Below are positions 24,612 to 35,306 of a DNA stretch of 64,000 nt, in pieces. This stretch comes from Catajapyx aquilonaris (lineage: Eukaryota), in NCBI GenBank assembly GCA_000934665.2, contig KZ537965.1, positions 186,001 to 250,000 on the forward strand, written 5' to 3'. A model generated the notes under the pieces. The model did no database searches, had not been told where the DNA came from, and worked only from the letters and a program-made list of their open reading frames with translations. The stretch's first letter is position 1. Each line of letters opens with the position of its first letter. The translations under genes and the position numbers were made by a program.

Positions 24612-26102
24612 TGTTGTGCGTAGAAGTTAATAAGTTGGGTAATGGTAAGCGTCTATTTCAATGCATTGAAGTTTGAAGACAATGCCTAGGTTGCACCATT
24701 GACGTTACAGTGTCGTCCGAGGCTTTGCCCTTGTTTGTATATGTTGTCATCATGCAATAACAAGGACAAATCCTCGAACGACGGTCTACCTTGGTGTAAC
24801 TCGGTACAGAAGGACAATGAAAATTCGATCCCTGCCAACTTTGTTGCAAAGTATACCTTTTGTTTATTATGCAACTGCCAGGTGAAGGAGTCTTGTTATC
24901 ACCGGTGCAAAAAGCCCAGAGTCAATACACATCATTACTTTATCTTAGATACCGATTTGAAAAAGGTCCTGTACCAACAAACATAGGTACTAAACAATGA
25001 ATTGCCCTGTTAGCCCCTCAATAACAGTTGGCAGCTGAAAAATTGTCTCATTTTTGGGGGGGAATTATCAGGACCGATTGCAGTGTATTAACAACCCAAA
25101 AAGCACTCGAGGAGCAGTACTAGTAACAAGCAGGTGTTGGTAAAATAGACAGCAGATGTAACCTTCAAACGCTCTATTGCTAGCAACGTAACACGCGATT
25201 TCCACACGTGTACTACTCTCCAACCCTGTAAGGACGAGAGATTATTCCCCTTTTTGCTCTTTGCATTAATTACTTCTTTATGCTACTCCTTACCGGTGTT
25301 GTGCAGCGGAAGGACTTACGACATTTCTCTTTGTTTCCATATACGTGATAGTCGCATATATCTTACCACAAGGCTTCCGGTGGTAAGGCCACCGATACAA
25401 AATCCCCCGCAATGTTTTGAAGCCTTCAAAATGATCGCGATATCTCGCCGATAACATTATCAAGTGCACTTAAGCAACAGTTGAATCGATTTAAAGATTT
25501 TTTTTTTACCTGCCTAGTATTTTTATTTTAGACACAAATTGGTGACCTGTCCGTTTAGTACACCCCTAGAAATGCATGGTCGCATTTCCGGCCGGTAGAT
25601 GGCTCCCATGTGGCTCTGAGCTCAATTCCGGCTTGTTCTTCCTGCCAGATGGCGCCCAACATCTTTTCGTAAAAAAAAGGGGGGGGGGGGGGCCACCCCC
25701 AAGGTCCACTCCCCCTATAAACAAAAATTACATAACATACTCAAAACATTGCACATACTAGTGCAACACACCTCCAGAACTCTCTCTATTTACATGACTC
25801 ATCGTCACGAGGACCGCCACACATAGCAACAGTCCCAAATAATATTTATGACTCACGGTATTTCCGACCCACGGGTATTTCCGAAACTGTCGCCTTAATC
25901 CGGCTGGCACCAGATTGGCCCTCCGAGATACCCCCCAAATGCCCCCTCAAAAAAGGAACCCCCCCAGACGATACGCATCCGGCCACGACCGGATCAAAAC
26001 ACATGGTTTTTGAACTCTAATAAAGATCCACAACAACACACACGAAGTTCCCAACATGCGAGTTCCTGGTTTCACTCCCACTCATTCATTTCACAAGGTT
26101 CC

Positions 26103-26336
26103 CATTGTCGCCAACAGCAACAATGTAGCAGTGTAGCCAACACCAACAATGTACGCAGTGTGGCCAACAGGAACAATGTGCGCAGTGTAGCCAACACCAA
26201 CAATGTGCGCAGTGTAGCCAACAGTAACAATGTGCGCAGTGTAGCCAACAGTAACAATGTGAGCAGTGTTGCCAACGGTAACAGTGTGAGCAGTGTTGCC
26301 AACGGTAACAGTGTGCAGTGTTGCCAATGGTAATTG
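26103..26336. repeat. 27-bp minisatellite, about 8.5 copies (CAGTGTAGCCAACAGTAACAATGTGCG)
   Basis: Units start at 26129, 26156, 26183, 26210, 26237, 26264, 26291 and 26316, with a degenerate unit at 26103 and a stray core at 26355. Confidence 0.95.
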
Positions 26337-26499
26337 CGTGCGCTTGTGTAGGGGCAGTGTAGCCAACTTGGGGATTGTTGCTGTGTTTTTTTTCTTTATT
26401 GTTGTCGTCCAGTATTGTTGCCCGTTTCTGTTCCTTCTCCTCCCCCTCCTCCCCCCCAATCCAAAATATTTACACCGGGAGGTTAGCCACCTTGACCCG

Positions 26500-26880
26500 A
26501 GTTTGGCGGGAACCGGCCCAGTTTGGCGGGAACCCCCCCTCATCCCTTTTGCCCACCCACCCCGCTCGCTCTCTCTCTACTAGGTTTTCCCGCCTGCTTT
26601 TCCCGCGCGCTGTGCTTTGCCATCGAGGGAGTGAACAGCGAGGCCCCGCACAGCGCATTCCCTCCCCCCACATTTTTCCTCATCCCCCCTTTTCCCCCCT
26701 CTCTTCCCTTCCCTCCCCCTCTCCAAACCACACCACTTCTGCCCCCCCCTCCCTGCAATCCCTCTGCTGTGATTGGTCGCATTTGGCGGGTATTTCCCCC
26801 CTCCGAAGCGCAGCGATTGGTTGGTTTTGGGCGGGAGGAATGCAGCATTTTCATACCAAGGATTTCGCGTGACGTGTGTA
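26500..26880 (+). promoter_or_regulatory. Probable Pim promoter: E2F-type sites, two reverse CCAAT boxes, CRE-like site
   Basis: AGTTTGGCGGGAACC at 26500 and 26520; TTTTCCCGC at 26585 and 26598; TTTGGCGGG at 26782; GATTGG at 26771 and 26815; TTTCGCGTGACGTG at about 26863. GC-rich, no TATA box seen. Confidence 0.65.
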
Positions 26881-27449
26881 GTACGGGCCGCTTCACCACT
26901 TTCCCAGACACGGCTCCTACGCGATGTAGTCCGCCCGTCTGTCCACCCGTATTCGGTTTTCCGGTGCGGTAATAAGGGTGTGTGCATACCCAGTTCGGCA
27001 CAACACACCCCAACGCAGATTGTAGCCACCGGTACAGCCCGGTACATCCCCTTAGTGTAGAACCGACTGGCACATGGCCAAATGAATGCGATCCCGCCAG
27101 CGCATTGCTACATTTTCTCTCCTACTCTTTGAAAGTACCCCGCAGTTCAACGTCCATTAGTAGTAGTAACGTATCGGCGCTGGAGTGCGGACCTTTTCCC
27201 TCTGCCTCCTCCCCAACAAACACATATTTTTTTCCTTGGTGAAACCCAACTGACCCCGCCCCCTTTTGGTGTGTGTGTGTCTCTCTCCTCCCCTACCCCC
27301 TTTTCCCCCCGTCCGCCGCCTTCCCCCACATTTGGCGGATTGTTTACATCCCACTCCCCAGCACCCAGAGAGTTCAGTCTTCGTACACGCTTGGGACTGG
27401 GAGGTTCATACATAGTGCACAGTGCGTTGGACAAGTGTTGGATAGTGTT

Positions 27450-30320
27450 ATGCTTAAGAGGAAAATAGCCAACTTGGGCGTTTTCTCCATGAGTCCCAAC
27501 AACATGAGTTGCCATGTGGAGAAGGAGAGGCAGGGTGAGTTGAGCTTAAGTCAAATTGTGCCTCAGATTGTATTTGTCCCCCCAAAAAATATGTGGTGCT
27601 TTACTCTGGATGTATCGTTTTTACAGCCAAGGAGCCTTTCGAACGGATGTACCGCATCGGAGCGGTGCTGGGCAAAGGTGGCTTCGGTACCGTATACGCC
27701 GGTACCAGAGCAAGAGATGGCCTACCGGTACGTCTCCAAAAAAATTTTTGAAGAAAACTAAAAATTTTGGTCGACCATTTGCAGTTTGTGCTCACTTCTC
27801 GGTGTATTTTTCGTAGGTTGCGATCAAGCACGTGATGAAGGTGAAAGTGACCGATTGGGTACAACAGAACGGACATCGAGTACCGTTGGAGGTCGTCCTT
27901 CTTCGTAAGGTCTCTAACATCCCTGGTGTGATCAAGCTGCTGGATTTCTACGAGAGACACGACAGCTTCATCTTCGTGTTGGAGAGACCCGATCAGGTCA
28001 AGGACCTTTTCGACTACATCACCGAGAAGGGCAGTCTGGCCGAATTCGCCGCACGAAATTTCTTCAGGCAGATCGTCGAGACTGTCATCTCTTGTCACAA
28101 GGCTGGTGTCATACATCGAGACATCAAGGATGAGAATATCCTCGTTGACCTCAAGACCCACAACCTGAAGCTCATCGACTTTGGTTCAGGCGCACACCTC
28201 AAGGAAGGAATGTACACCGACTTTGACGGTATGTAAACATTACAATTGGCTATGTGTGACTCGGTCCCCTTGACGTATAATAGGCTGTGTGACTCTGTCC
28301 GTACACACTGGGCGGTGTTGCCATATTTTTTAGCGGGCTCGCTAGTTTTGTACTGTACAAGTAGGTCATTTTTACGAAGGTTATTGGGCATACAATCCGC
28401 GAATATTTTTTTTTGTGCCAACTCTGCAACCCTCCCTGGGAAGCCCCCGTCGTCCCGGAGATATCGATCGTTTTACAAGCGGGGGCGGGTTTTACCCTCC
28501 TTGCGTACTCTTTTTTTTTTCCTTTCCCCCCCATTGCATACAATGTAAACAAAAATATTTGCACGTGCATACCGCATGACCCCTGTGCGCAACAAAATAT
28601 TTCTAGGAAAACTACTTCCAAAAAGGTCGGAGTTGAACCATGGGTGACGTTACATGTTGCGTCATTAAACCCACCCCTAGAATCGACGACGTCATACTAA
28701 CCCCCCCGGAAGGAAATCAATTCTGATTTTCCCGCGCGGAAAGAGCGCGAACCCTTATTGCGTAGATTTTGCGTGAAAATGTGACTTGCGGATGCAAAAA
28801 CATCGCAAAAAAAATTGGACCTAAAAATGTTTGAAATTCCGCTTAATATTGAAAATGCATCCGAAAATTCAGCTTCAATTTTGCAAAAATTAAAAGTCCT
28901 GATTGTTTTTATTGGGCTTATGTCCTTGCTAAGGTCCGGCTCTCCCTGGGCGTGGTCAAGCCGGACCTCCGGTATTATAGCCTTGCAAGGTCGGGTTCCT
29001 AAAAATTGAGGTTGGGAGAGTGAAGGTGTCCCAAGGCCGAGAGGTAGTTTTTTTGGTATGAGGAAATAAAAATGGGGGGGCTGAGGTATTGCCAAAAAAA
29101 AAACTGCACGATACCGGTAGTTTTCTTAAAGGCGGGGTTTAGACTTGGTGTGGGGGTCTATATTTAGCTAAAACGCCCCCCCACGCGCGTTTTGGTGCCA
29201 GGTCTGGCGAGAGGGGGGTTTGTTTTGGTGCGAAAAAGTAGGACGCGCTCCCCCAGAGGCTAGCCTGAAAGGGAAAACCCCCCCCCCCTTTGGTAGTAGC
29301 ACTGGCGACCAATAGTCTATCAGATTAGATCGTATTCAGAGAGGCATACTTACACACTGCTGCTAAACTTACCCAGTGTTTAAAAACAGTGACGTCATCA
29401 ATGTTTATAAACGTGACGCCACCGTTTTATTTTTTTAAATGTGACGTCATTTGATTTTTAAAAAATTGGCGCGATTTGGGCTGGTTGCTAGTGTGGACAG
29501 TTCAATTGTGCCTTTAAAAAAAATTTTGTTTTGGTTTTTGGATGGAGGGGGGAAGCCCCGCCATGCCTGACCAATGTTAATGTAGCCTAGTTTTGGGGCG
29601 TCGGTGCCCGGGTTTGACCGGCTTGGCTGGCTGGCCCGCCGGTCTACATCGATCCATAGGGAGTGGGGGAGGGTGGGTGGGAAGGGTGAGTGCAAAAGGG
29701 GGAGAGTGGTGTTTGGGTCCTGGGGTTTTGGGAGGTTTTGAAGCCCACCCCCGTTTTGCTGGGGTTGTTTCAATACCAATGTTTTTTATAAAAAATTTCA
29801 GTTTTGATCAATGGTACGATTTGTTTTGGTTTTTCTGCAGGGACCAGAGTGTATGCTCCGCCAGAGTGGATTCGCTTCAACCGATACTATGGACGCAGCG
29901 CTACTGTTTGGTCGCTTGGGATCCTGCTGTACGACATGGTCTGCGGGGACATCCCCTTTGAGCAGGATGAGCAGATTGTCAAGGCCGAGCTGCAGTTCAA
30001 GAACAACCTCTCACATGGTAAGTGTCGATTTTTGCACCAATGTTTACTTATTTAATGAGCCCTGCGATGGACTGTATCTCACCGGCAATGTTCCTTTTTT
30101 TCTATCAACAGAATGTGAGGACCTCATCCGGAAGTGCCTCCAGGTGAGCGCCCGTGACCGGGTCAAGCTGGAAGACATGCTGCACCATCCATGGATGACC
30201 ACCCCACTGGAAGAGCCACCGAGCTCACCAGTAAAGAGCATTCACCAAATGTCCAGACACAGTTCTGTGGATCAGCACTCTCTGGACCAGACGTCCACCT
30301 CATCACAGGACAGCATTTGA
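27450..30320 (+). CDS. PIM: Pim-family serine/threonine kinase (Pim-1/Pim-3-like), 327 aa
   Basis: Exons 27450-27534, 27627-27727, 27817-28228, 29841-30017, 30112-30320 (TGA) total 984 nt in phase, all GT-AG. Motifs: [25 protein letters not shown], the Pim-type hinge [68 protein letters not shown]. Confidence 0.96.
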
Positions 30321-31760
30321 CCATAGGACTGGCTTTAGGCAGGACCGGGAGAAATGGATACCCCCGGCCAACTGTTACAATTTTTTTTTTACCTTCATTT
30401 CCACAACCAGCGGTTCATTTTTTTGTTTTTCCTGGACATTTATCCAGAACGTGCAGAAAGAAGGATTTAAAAAGCAGCTGAGTGTTGGAGTTCTTCGTAG
30501 CCAAGCTTCTGATAGTTTGCTTCGTCGCGCTTTAGTGCAGACTGTGTTGTGCGTGGTGAACATTAAGGATGGAATTGCCGGGTGTTTGACTTTGGAGGAA
30601 TGAGACTGCCACCAGCACCTCCCTCTCTCCTTTCTTTTTTTTTTTTTTTTTTGGTGACATCATCCCTCGTGTGTACATAATTCCATTGCCCATCAGAAAA
30701 AATCCACTGGACATACCGAACTGGAGGAGATCTGAGCAGTTTTTGACCTGTACTCTGTGTGCGGATTTTTTTCAAAACAAAACAAAACATCTTCCTCCAC
30801 CCCCGACAACCAACCGTAACAGGAACGCTGACCACTTGAGACTTGCCTAACCGCACTTGCTGTGAGTGTGTACTTGTGCATGTGTGTGTGTGTGCAGGTG
30901 TCAGGAGATTTAAAAACATACAGTGCAGCCTTCAATTCATTAGCCACAACAGTTTAATTTCTGCGGAAGCATATCAGTCGTTTGGTCTGTTGACCATTAT
31001 TTATGTTCACATCTGGAACTAGTTTCCAAGTAATTTTTTTTTGTTGCTGTTGTACTGTGTTCTTATATTAGGGTAAGTTTTATTGTGTTATTTATTTCAT
31101 TATAATATTATTCAGTAACTTGTGGCCGGAGACTGGCTGCCTAGTGGGGAATACGGCAGACCCCCTCTTTCCAGAGGATCACCTCGCAGTTTCTTTTTCA
31201 TTTCTGGAATTTTTGTGGCCCACACGGAAAAATAATTACCATCCGACAAAACATTTTTCTGAATGAATTTTTTTGATGAGAATGGGTCGAATTTGTTTGT
31301 TTTTTTCCACACCCTCTCAAAGACAGACATCCATGTTTTCCAATAGGTGTTCATTTGCCTTTAAGCAACTGTTAATATGGTGTGCAGACGTTGTCAGTGG
31401 CCGTATGACTCCCTGGAAAAGAGAGCATAGGTTTTTTTTATATTGGAAACGCGGGTTGAAATTGTGCGGCTTGCTTTGTCAAGTTAACCACAGTTTTGCA
31501 TTTTGAAAGTCACTGGACATGCAGCTGTGCACCAAATATTTATATTTCAAATAAAAAGATAAAAAAGGAAAGAAATTGCGACAATAGAAGCTAGTGTTCT
31601 GCATTTCCAAGGTAGAATAAATTGGACGAAAAAAAATTAGTCAAATTGTTCATTTTTTTCTGTTGTATATTGGCTCATTATCAGTTGACTTGGAGTTTGT
31701 TTTTGTTGTTTAAAAAAATTTGCAAAAAGCGAATAAAAAAAAAGAAAGGTGAATTGACGT
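30321..31760 (+). other. Probable Pim 3' UTR
   Basis: T-rich sequence with TTATTTAT at 30997 and 31088, TGTACATA at 30672, and AATAAA at 31550 and 31732. The end point is inferred. Confidence 0.55.
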
Positions 31761-34700
31761 TTTAAAAAAATAAGGATCAAAATTATTATTCTGCCTCGAA
31801 AAGTAGGCGTTTTTTGACTGAAGAGACCCATTCAATGTCCCCAACAGATTTTAGTTCCTGTTCAAACAACCATTTTTGTACATAAAGAATTGTGAAGAAT
31901 ATTTCAGTTAGACGTAATTTATTTCCTTTGTGGCCGCCCGCGGATGGCGGCCAGGCACAAGCAATGCAAGTTCTTGTTTAGCAAATTTAGCATCGCAACC
32001 ACTGCTCAGCAGCTTGGCTTAGCTTGTCTCCAATTTTTGTATTGTTTTTAAAGAAGAAGACGAAAAAAATAATAATTCAAAAAATAACAAAATAGTGGAA
32101 ACTAATTGCCTTTTGTGGTAATTGTACAGTATTCGGGCAAGCAGTGGTTGTGAGTGGTAGACTCGATTTTTTTTTTTTTTTCTTGTATAAAAGGTTTTTT
32201 CATACAGGCTGCATTCAGTTGTAGTCAGTTTCCCCCCGACCCTTGACCTAAAACCCCCAACTCTTCTATCCAAGTTTGTTGTGTGGTGTACATATGGTAT
32301 TTGTATTTGGGTAAAATTGTATTTTTGTAGAAAATGATTAATCTGGAGAAGATTAAATGTGAACCATGGAATCATACAAACTCTCTGATTTTTACACCGA
32401 GTCACCCCTTCTTTATTTCAGCAGCTGGACATAAGGCAAACTCTAGCTAGAAATTCTAGGAAAGTATAGGACACCTTTTTTTTTCCTCTCTGCAACCTCG
32501 TGCGTCAACATTATTCCTACCATACCAGTCATGTGCCTGACCTTTTCGTCCTGTTTACATTCCCCATCATCATAACATTACCTCATCGAACCAAGGGAAC
32601 CCCCGAGGGGGTTTATATCTCGAATTTTCCTGGTACTGTACCCTTCGTTTGGTAACAATCAGTATTGAACCTTGCATATTTTTCCTCCGTCCTTCCCCCT
32701 CCAGAAAGTCTATATTAAGTCGACTGCCAAGAGCAGACTTGTACGCAAAAAAAAAGGAGTGTCTTGTGGCGAAAGTAGTGCAGATGGTCTTGATCTCCTC
32801 TTCCGGCCGTTATTTTGTAAGTGATCAAATTCCTCGAGCGTCCCAGACGCATTTGTCATTTGCTGCGAGTGAGTTTGACGGGCCGAATCTCTGGGCGGGA
32901 CGGCCGCAAAACACAATTCTCCAGGAGACGCTGGACAAGAAAACCGTGACAAGAAATAGGCTGACTTTTGGTAGCACCTATGTGCAAAAGAGGATCTTGT
33001 CAAACTTAACTTTTTAAAAATGTATCATCAACACAGCTCCCCCCCAAGATTGCTGCCGTTTCTCATATTCCAGCTGACTGCTTCCTACCGCCTGTGTAGC
33101 TTACAGGAAAATCACAAGATGTCCTAATTAGCTGGTTCAGATTCCAGTCCAGTCGTGCTGAAAATATTCGTCGTCGTCTGCTGAGGACGGCGGCATCATG
33201 GGAGAGAATGTTTCTTCGCAAGAGCGACGATGACATTGCTGGGAGAGGAAACACATTTTGCAAAACAGTTTTTGCGTCAATGGTATAGCCCGGGATGTGT
33301 ACTGACGCAATATGCAATAATTCCAGAGACTGTACACGTACGTGCATGGATTTCACTGGGGAAGCATTTAGCCGTGGTTATATTCGATCCCAGTTCCATA
33401 CAACCAAAAAGATCCAACGAGTTGTATTCAGCATTGAAAATTTTACCCCCCACAAATGAAGCGCAATTCCAGCTCACTTGCGTTTCCAGACAAACCAGTC
33501 GGCGTAAAATCGAAACGTCAGGCGTCCGGAATAAAAGGTGGTGCACGAATTAAGCACGTACATGAGGAGCAAGGATATATGGTTAACCAGCAGCCGGGAG
33601 TAAATTGATTTCCGAGGCAGAGTTGAAAACAATGGACACGTGCCTGGTAAAATCCCCCTAGTGTTGCAGACGTATGTTGCGGGGTTTTTTATTGTGATAA
33701 TGCACGAAAGGGGAAAATTCGGGTTTAATTGATGGGAAACCGAATTAGCGGCAATTAAATATTGCCTTCGAAGATTACGCGTCTCGTTATTAATCCTTGT
33801 CACCTTTTTTTTTTTAAAGCCTCGATTAGTAAGAGTGTAAGGTACACCTAATCGCTCATAATAATTCGTTCCTATTCTATCTTGCACTGTTTGCGTGTTT
33901 CAAACATTTGAAAGGAGCGGGGGGGGGGAAATNNNGAAATGTGAGCTAAGAACACACGTTTTCAATCGATAACTCTTCAGACTTGAGTGCTGCATAGTTA
34001 TAAATTATGAACCATATTCCTCCCCTATTTTCCATTACTCAATTAGTAATAGTGCGGAAAAGTGGCGCACCCACAAAATTGCAGGTAATGTCGACAAGTT
34101 TTATGATCAATCCTATATCGATGTTGATGAATATTTTTTGGGGTGAGGGAGGGGGGGGGGTTCAAGAACACTCACCTGTCACGTACTTGGAGCCATAAGA
34201 GAAAAGTGATTCTGGGGGCCAGTATCATGAGGAAACTTGGAAGCGGGGGAGTGTTGAAACGGAAATGAAGTCCGCAGGAATCGCCATTGCTTCACTTCCT
34301 TCCAATCACTGCTCCCGGAAGAGCGTGAGCTGCTATTAGGAAGATTTCGTGATTCGTATAATGGTGTAAGGAGGGTGCGGGGGTGGGCCATCACTTGAAA
34401 AGGGGAATAGTGTTGAGAGCTGTAGCAAAGCAAGCGCCGGACTTTCCTTGATTGGAAACGCCATTTCGGACACTCAAGGTTAGCGCAAATTATTGGATTC
34501 CTAGTCCTCTTCTGCGCTTTTTTTTAAATGCCAATTTTCCTTTGGGATGGTTTTTTTTTGCAGTTTGGTGATTACATAGCGGGAGCAGCTGATATCAGTT
34601 GCCATGATTCGCGATATTGGCGACAGAAGGACCTCAAAGTGTGATAAGACAATCTTTGTGGGTTTTTTTTTCTTTAGCATTCGTATGAATCAAGGTTAAG

Positions 34701-35227
34701 GTTACGCTACGCAGTTTATTAAATCGGAGTAATTTACACTCACTTTGTGATATAGTGTTGGTAAATAAGTTTTATTACTCATGTCCTATTCTGCATTGAA
34801 GCAAAATGTATTCCATGTTATCTTCCAAGGCGAGTGAGGCATGACATAATTACTGGGCTGCGACTATTTTATCAGTACTTGAAGTTATTACATTGAAAGT
34901 AGTGCTATGAAAGTCTCGACAGCCGGAAGCCAATATAACATTGTCACACAACGACCTTGGGCACTGACACATTTTATTAATCCGAGTGATTTACTGCAAC
35001 TTTCTGGAAATCACTGGTCTCTTTTCAACATTATGGACCCTTTGAAACAGGTTTATGAAAATGGAAAACTTAACATGAATTTTTTACGAAATGCAAAAGG
35101 CCGCATTTTATGCCATTGCACTGGAACTTGGATCTATTTTATTGCATTTTATTGCACAGAAGTACATGCAATATCACAACACCCACTGATGCTCTGAAGG
35201 AAGGCTGTCAAGGTGATGTACGGTCAT

Positions 35228-35228
<1 letters not shown>

Positions 35229-35306
<78 letters not shown>
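35229..35306. repeat. (TAT)n microsatellite, about 26 units
   Basis: Perfect trinucleotide run. Confidence 0.98.

Noticed and set aside
26010..26333. ORFs with SVANxNNVR / LATLRTLLL repeats
   Set aside because: They are translations of the 27-bp minisatellite; the unit length is a multiple of 3 and stop-free in several frames, with no other coding evidence.
26103..26336. CRISPR-like array
   Set aside because: The units are contiguous with no unique spacers, there are no cas genes, and the context is eukaryotic.
27601..28161. 186-aa minus-strand ORF
   Set aside because: Antisense shadow of Pim exons 2-3; no recognisable domain.
30318..30326. Stop-codon readthrough at Pim TGA-C
   Set aside because: TGA CCA TAG: a second stop follows after one codon, so any extension is trivial.
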